NCBI RefSeq assembly: GCF_006345805.1
Contig: NW_021825778.1
Coordinates: 1 to 14,599 of the forward strand
DNA from: Octopus sinensis
Lineage: Eukaryota
Direction: 5' to 3'
DNA length: 14,599 nt
The notes under the pieces were generated by a model. It saw nothing but the letters and a program-made list of their open reading frames with translations. It ran no database searches and was not told the origin of the DNA. The position numbers and the translations under genes were made by a program. This document shows, one piece after another, positions 9,491 to 14,599 of this stretch. Positions within the stretch are counted from its first letter, which is position 1. Each line of letters starts with the position of its first letter.

Positions 9491-9515
9491 ACGTCTATCT
9501 GCCTATCTTTCTATC
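9240..9515. repeat. (TCTA)n/(TCTG)n compound tetranucleotide array
   Basis: Read directly. The ACCTATCTG variant recurs at 9285 and 9421. Confidence 0.97.
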
Positions 9516-9763
9516 TAGACCTCTCTATCATTTACTTCGAAGTTACTGTTGCTTCTCATTTGTAAAGCCGTAACAAACACGTACTCTACTGAAAAATATT
9601 CATCAATTCTTTAGTTTAATGTGAAATTACTTTTATAACTTCATATCAAGACAAACGTTTAGACTCTGACATGACATTCTCGGAGCTAAGCTCTTTCTGG
9701 GTGCGAAATCACTCTAAATTAAGGGTACCGAAGAGGCACTACCACGCCAGAAATAGCAGTCAA

Positions 9764-10175
9764 TAGCAGAAATGGCAGAAACGTTAGCACGCCGGGCGAA
9801 ATGCTTAGTACTATTTCGTCTATCTTTACGTCCTATGTTCAAATTCCGCCAGCGTCGACTTTGCCATTCATCCTTTCAGGGTCGATTAAATAAGTACCAG
9901 TTACGCACTGTGATCGGTATAATCGACTTAATCCGCTTGTTTGTCCTTGTTTGTTCTCTCTGTGTTTTGCTCCTTGTGGGTAGTAAAGAAATAGGTATTT
10001 CGTCTGCCGTTACGTTTTGAGTTCAAATTCCGCTGAGGTCGACTTTGCCTTTCGTCCTTTCGGGGTCGATAAATTAAGTACCAGTTACGCACTGGGATCG
10101 ATGCAATCGACTTAATCCGTTCGTCTGTCCTTGTTTGTCTTCACTGTTTAGCCCCTTGTGGTCAATAAAGAAATT
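9764..10175 (+). mobile_element. SINE family B, head-to-tail dimer with a perfect 15-bp TSD
   Basis: TSD AGAAATAGCAGTCAA at 9749-9763 and 10176-10190. It has two B boxes and two bodies, and the junction TAAAGAAATAGGTATTTCGTCTGCC lies at 9984-10008. Confidence 0.92.
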
Positions 10176-10244
10176 AGAAATAGCAGTCAAACCTGACATA
10201 ACACACACGCACATATTTGTGTGTGTGTGTAAAATAAATAAATA

Positions 10245-10247
<3 letters not shown>

Positions 10248-10320
<73 letters not shown>
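10248..10320. repeat. (TA)n microsatellite
   Basis: Read directly. Confidence 0.95.
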
Positions 10321-10322
<2 letters not shown>

Positions 10323-10323
<1 letters not shown>

Positions 10324-10504
10324 AGTTTTTCGCTAATGGGATTAAAAAGCTTACGAGTAGAGGGAAAGATGTCATAGATAGTCATGGAAACTATAATATA
10401 TATATAATATATATATATATATAATATATATTATAGTTTCCATGACTATCTATGACATCTTTTCCTCTACTCGTAAGCTTTTTAATCCCATTCGTGAAAA
10501 ACTC
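10323..10504. repeat. 74-bp-arm palindrome around an AT-only spacer
   Basis: 10323-10396 is the reverse complement of 10431-10504 with 4 mismatches. The spacer 10397-10430 is TA-rich. Confidence 0.95.
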
Positions 10505-11437
10505 TTTTGGTTTCGAAGAGAAGAACTCTGAAAAGTCCGTTTCGACTTCCTCAGTTGTTTCGAGAGTTAATCCAACCAAATGATTCTATGACCTACGAAA
10601 CAAATGGTAATCCGAAGGAGCAAGGACAGAGGAATAAGGTCGATGAGCAATTTTCTCCCAGCCAAGTTCCACGACCTTCTGTGACGTGATTTTGGCAGTG
10701 TTTGGTCTTGCAATGTCCGCAACACCACTCCCTTTCAATTCACTAAAGTGGGCCTTTTTTCTTTAAAGCAGCATTCAAATGCTCTAATTGCTGACAGTAG
10801 ATTTGAGCATTAATTGTTGCATTATTTGGTTGTAACTCAAAGTGGATGACTCCTTCACAATCGCACCAAACAGAGTGAAGAACCTACTTCGCATGGAGTT
10901 CCCCTTTCGATTGTGATTGGGCCATTTCCCCTTCACCAAAGCAATGTCTACTATGATAAACATTTTGATAAAAGACCCATTTTTCATCACCGGCCATTAG
11001 TCTATACAAAAAGAGTGAGACGTGTTCACGAGAACAAAGAGAAGAGCAGGTGTCCACCCGGGATTTGCGGTTGGCTTCAGACAAATTACAAGGCACCCAT
11101 TTTCCGAGTTTTGGAACCTTTCCAAGCTCTTGAAGATGTCGGTGAACAGTTGTATGGCTTAAACGAAGCTTGCTTGCCAATTCTTCAAATGAAAATGCAT
11201 GATATTTTTCAAGTTCTGCCAAAAAGGAGTTTGTCATCAAATTCAATTGGACGTCCTGTTCGGGCCTCACCTTCAAGACTGAATTTTCCACTTCTGAATT
11301 TTACAAGCCATCTTCTGCAAGTTCACGCACTCTTCTCCATAAGCTGAGTCAATATTTTGAGGTGCTTCAGCTGCAGAGTTCCTTTTTTTAAACTTATAAA
11401 ACATTATATACCTCAAATGCTCCTTAGACACTTACAT
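10431..11437 (-). pseudogene. Mariner transposase pseudogene (stops and frameshifts)
   Basis: Pieces read on the minus strand: M*VSKEHLRYIMFYKFKKRNSAAEA; RRWLVKFRSGKFSLEGEARTGRP; KLGKWVPCNL (WVPHEL-like); AGDEKW; DIARPNTAK...HRPYSSVLAPSDYHLF (YSPDLAP-like). Catalytic D codons at 10715-10717 and 10610-10612 have exactly 34 residues between them. It ends FFSSKPKEFFTNGIKKL...GNY. Confidence 0.93.
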
Positions 11438-11616
11438 GTTTGAAGAGCGATAATTAGTGAAATTTCAATTAGATAATTCTGAAAAATGAAATCTAATTAT
11501 TTTAACTGCGTACAAATGCATATATGACTTAATGCCATCAAACATTCTAAAATACTTCTAAAGCGTTTACAAATTGAAAATATAGATTCCCGGACATTAA
11601 TTGTGGGATGGCGTGA
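10431..11616 (-). mobile_element. Mariner (Tc1/mariner, D,D34D) DNA transposon, non-functional, 3' TIR absent
   Basis: It carries a transposase remnant. A candidate 5' TIR reads TCACGCCATCCCACAATTAATGTCCGGG on the minus strand (11589-11616), preceded by TA (11617-11618), about 180 bp upstream of the ancestral ATG. No matching TIR was found at the other end. Confidence 0.9.
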
Positions 11617-11619
11617 TAC

Positions 11620-11811
11620 TTCTTTCAAAATTCCTATTTTGCTTTTCATACATTAACTTGTGTAAGTTGAACTACATAGTTGATCCTTGCAATAAATACA
11701 TCTAAATGAAAATTTTTCATGAATCCTTAAAATACTACTTTTAGATCCCCAATTTACTATTTTGCTTGTGTGGACCCCTAGGGGTTATGTAGACTCCGGT
11801 TGAGAATCACT
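11620..11811 (-). mobile_element. One end of a probable hAT-type non-autonomous element
   Basis: The minus strand starts AGTGATTCTCAACCGGAGTC (11798-11811 and inward), resembling CAGTGGTTCTCAA-type hAT TIRs (from recall). A CCCCTAGGGG subterminal palindrome lies at 11775-11784. No partner TIR was seen. Confidence 0.4.
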
Positions 11812-12494
11812 TCTCTACAGCATTCCACTGTAACTGTTTGACAGTTTATTAATAGCTATTTCCGATAGGACACCAGTTTTCTTTCCTCCACCCCCTTCTT
11901 TTTTCTTCGCTTTCATGTTGAGCTTAGGAACATGTTGGGCTGATGTCTTCCCTGGACCTACTTTAGCCTCATAACATCTGTAATGGGTCGGTCATCCTTA
12001 GTCATTTTTCAGTAGAAACACTACATCGATATTAGTTGTCTCCACATAATGTCTGCAATATTGAATAATTGAGGCTTCGATAAGATTATCCTGCTTAACT
12101 AAAATAGTGAAGAACAGAATGTTTATGGATTAACTACAAGCAAATCAACTGAGAAAATCCACAAGGTTCCCTCTACAGTAGGTATAGCACATTGTATTAG
12201 TTATAAACAATTGCATATATATATATATATATTATATATATCTTCTACCAATTATATACGTTTTTATTATTTTTTTGCAATTTACTTAATCATTGATATT
12301 TTATTGTTATTTTAATTTTAATACTTCTATTATATGTAATTTTGTAGATGGTGTAACTTAATTGTTCATTTTGAATTAATAAAAGGTGGCTTTTTTCTAA
12401 TTTATATATATATAATTTTATATTGTATGAAATTTGATTTAGTATTTCTAAATTGAATTTTTTTTGCCAGTAAGTTTGGATTTATATTCCCTCA

Positions 12495-12528
12495 AGTAAT
12501 TATTATTATTATTATATTATTATTATTA

Positions 12529-12565
<37 letters not shown>

Positions 12566-12592
12566 TTATATATATATATATTATATATATAT
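12495..12592. repeat. (TAT)n/(TA)n microsatellite
   Basis: Read directly. Confidence 0.93.
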
Positions 12593-13020
12593 AGTACAAA
12601 AATGAGACAAGAGCACAAAACATCCAGACAGTTGGGTGATACAAAAAAGGAACAACAAAACATCGAGACAGATGATACAAAGAAAACAAGGATGGGTCAT
12701 TCGGAGTTTTCTTTCTTCAGTCGAGTTCCAGATAATCTTTGCAATTTCGGCTGGTTATACTCGAGATTGCTCCAATCTGGCTAGCCCCAAGGAAAAACTA
12801 AGCTATGAGCTCTAGATTCCTTGGAAGAAGCAGCGAATGTATAAGAAAGCAAGGACGGAAAAAAATGGAGAAATATTATACAAATACAAATAACAGGACA
12901 TAACAAAAGGTGTCTTTCGACTAAGGATGAATTCAATTCAGCTGGCGTGTGTGGAAGTAAAGCCTTACGGCAGGGACATAGGGTTTGACAAGCACAGGAA
13001 GGAATATAGATGTTGCACAT
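12593..13020. mobile_element. Unclassified purine-rich insert in TA context, possibly a Penelope-like terminal repeat
   Basis: It begins abruptly after (TA)n and ends at ACATATATAC. It has internal short repeats (CAAAACATC at two sites; GATACAAA at two sites) and a hairpin at 12741-12770. There is no recognisable protein motif. Confidence 0.3.
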
Positions 13021-13025
13021 ATATA

Positions 13026-13449
13026 CTTTACTCTTTACTCTCTTTTACTCTTTTACTTGTTTCAGTCATTTGACTGCGGCCATACTGGAGAACCGCCTTT
13101 AGTCGAGCAAATCGACCCCGGGACTTATTCTTTGCAAGCCCAGTACTTATTCTATCGGTCTCTTTTGCCGAACCGCTAAGTGTCGGGGACGTAAACACAC
13201 CAGCATCGGTTGTCAAGCAATGCTAAGCGGACAAACACAGACACACAAACATACACACACACATACATATATACATACATATATACGACGGGCTTCTTTC
13301 AGTTTCCGTCTACCAAATCCACTCACGAGGCTTTGGTTGGCCCGAGGCTATAGTAGAAGACACTTGCCCAAGATGCCACGCAGTGGGACTGAACCCGGAA
13401 CCATGTGGTTGGTAAGCAAGGTACTTACCACACAGCCACTCCTGCGCCT
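13026..13449 (-). mobile_element. tRNA-headed SINE family A, full length
   Basis: Reverse-complement near-copy of 5844-6259: head AGGCGCAGGAGTGGCTGTGTGGTAAG, B box GGTTCAGTCCC, internal TA/CA repeat and (GAGTAAAA)-type tail. Confidence 0.92.
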
Positions 13450-13739
13450 TGTATATGATATGTATATGATATGTTGTGAATTTATAGAAAAAATCCCATA
13501 GAACTCAACAATTTTGTTAAAAATGGAGAAGAAAAGTAGTTAAAATATAAGAAAATTCGTATATGTTTTAACAACTTCTCGTTTCCATTTTTAACTAAAT
13601 TTCTTTTCCTAAATCCACAACATATCATATACAAATATTATTTTCTTATTCACAAATTTACGCCTGAAAACTACCAGCAAAATATGAAGAATTTTTGAAA
13701 TCTTTTTCGGAAACCTCCAAATAAAGGATGAATCTAAAT

Positions 13740-13892
13740 TGTATGTATTTATGTATGATGTATGTATGTATGTATGTATGTATGTATGTATATATATATA
13801 TATAATTATATATATATATATATATATATAGATATATGAACATATATATATATATACATGCATTTATATTATATATAATATATATATATATA

Positions 13893-13935
<43 letters not shown>

Positions 13936-14093
13936 GGTCCCGGGTTGATTCGGGGTTAACCACAGTAAATAAGGTACTCAATACATAGCAGAGTAAAATT
14001 AATTTATTATATAGAAGGAGCTTTACAGGACTAGAACTGTTTCATTCAAGAGATGAATGAAACAGTTCTAGTCCTGTAGAAGCTCCTCTATAT

Positions 14094-14141
<48 letters not shown>

Positions 14142-14157
14142 TATATTATATATATAT

Positions 14158-14191
<34 letters not shown>

Positions 14192-14266
14192 AACACCTAT
14201 ATATATATATATAATATATATATAGTGAGAGAGAGAGAGAGAAAGAGAGAGGGGGAGAGAGAGAGA
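13740..14266. repeat. (TATG)n/(TA)n array with a 13932-14098 insert, followed by (GA)n
   Basis: Read directly. Non-repetitive sequence at 13932-14098 splits the TA run, and (GA)n occupies ~14227-14266. Confidence 0.93.
14004..14098. repeat. 45-bp-arm hairpin with a 5-nt loop
   Basis: 14004-14048 pairs with 14054-14098. The inner 25 bp (TACAGGACTAGAACTGTTTCATTCA / TGAATGAAACAGTTCTAGTCCTGTA) are perfect, the loop is AGAGA, and there are two 1-nt bulges further out. Confidence 0.95.
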
Positions 14267-14599
14267 TAGGGGTAGCAATGCAGATAAACACATTGCTATA
14301 TCCGTGTCGGCTCGTTTCGAATTTCTCTTATAAGACACTCTTGAAGCCGTCGACCTTGCCCTGGGTGCAGAATTCGGAGTTCATTTGAGCACTACTGCGT
14401 GTTATATATATATATTACATACATGTATGTACATATATGTATGAGTGTGCGAGTGTATAGTCAATCCTAAATATTTATTCAGGTAGTTTAAGAGTTGATT
14501 TGTGGTCACCCCACCCTTGTATAAATCATTTTTCTATTTTATGAAATATACCTCGAGTTAATTTATTTCAAAATACTTCAGTTATACACTTGTTTTCAT

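Noticed and set aside
4655-10175. Regularly recurring ~50-bp motif that could be mistaken for a CRISPR array or tRNA genes
   Set aside because: Spacing is irregular, both orientations occur, and copies carry Pol III boxes, tails and TSDs, so they are SINEs. The heads lack a complete cloverleaf with an acceptor stem.
11880-12065. Faint RTE-LINE C-terminal-like peptide on the minus strand (RQL...KDDRP)
   Set aside because: The diagnostic RW.GHV motif is absent and there are several stops. The similarity is not distinguishable from chance by eye.
14273-14298. 8-bp hairpin TAGCAATG / CATTGCTA
   Set aside because: It is short enough to occur by chance, and there is no context suggesting a function.

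Overview
This is a eukaryotic, repeat-saturated window with no intact host gene, most likely intronic or intergenic. The SINE sequences and the microsatellite density resemble octopus (coleoid cephalopod) DNA, but that assignment is from recall and was not checked by a search. It holds a 5'-truncated Tx1/L1-clade LINE (minus strand, ~2273-3514) embedded in a (GATA)n array and a nearly full-length dead mariner (D,D34D; minus strand, ~10431-11616) whose 3' end is folded back into a 74-bp palindrome. There are about a dozen full or partial copies of three tRNA-headed SINE families; one family recurs as head-to-tail dimers bounded by target-site duplications. Several short inserts sit in (TA)n runs and look like Penelope-like element ends, one with a collapsed hammerhead-ribozyme core and one with a 45-bp fold-back hairpin. 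A probable hAT end and many simple-repeat arrays complete the window. Almost all ORFs in the supplied track are translations of microsatellites or SINEs. I see no complete novel gene system; the best leads concern mobile-element targeting, multimerisation and fold-back events.
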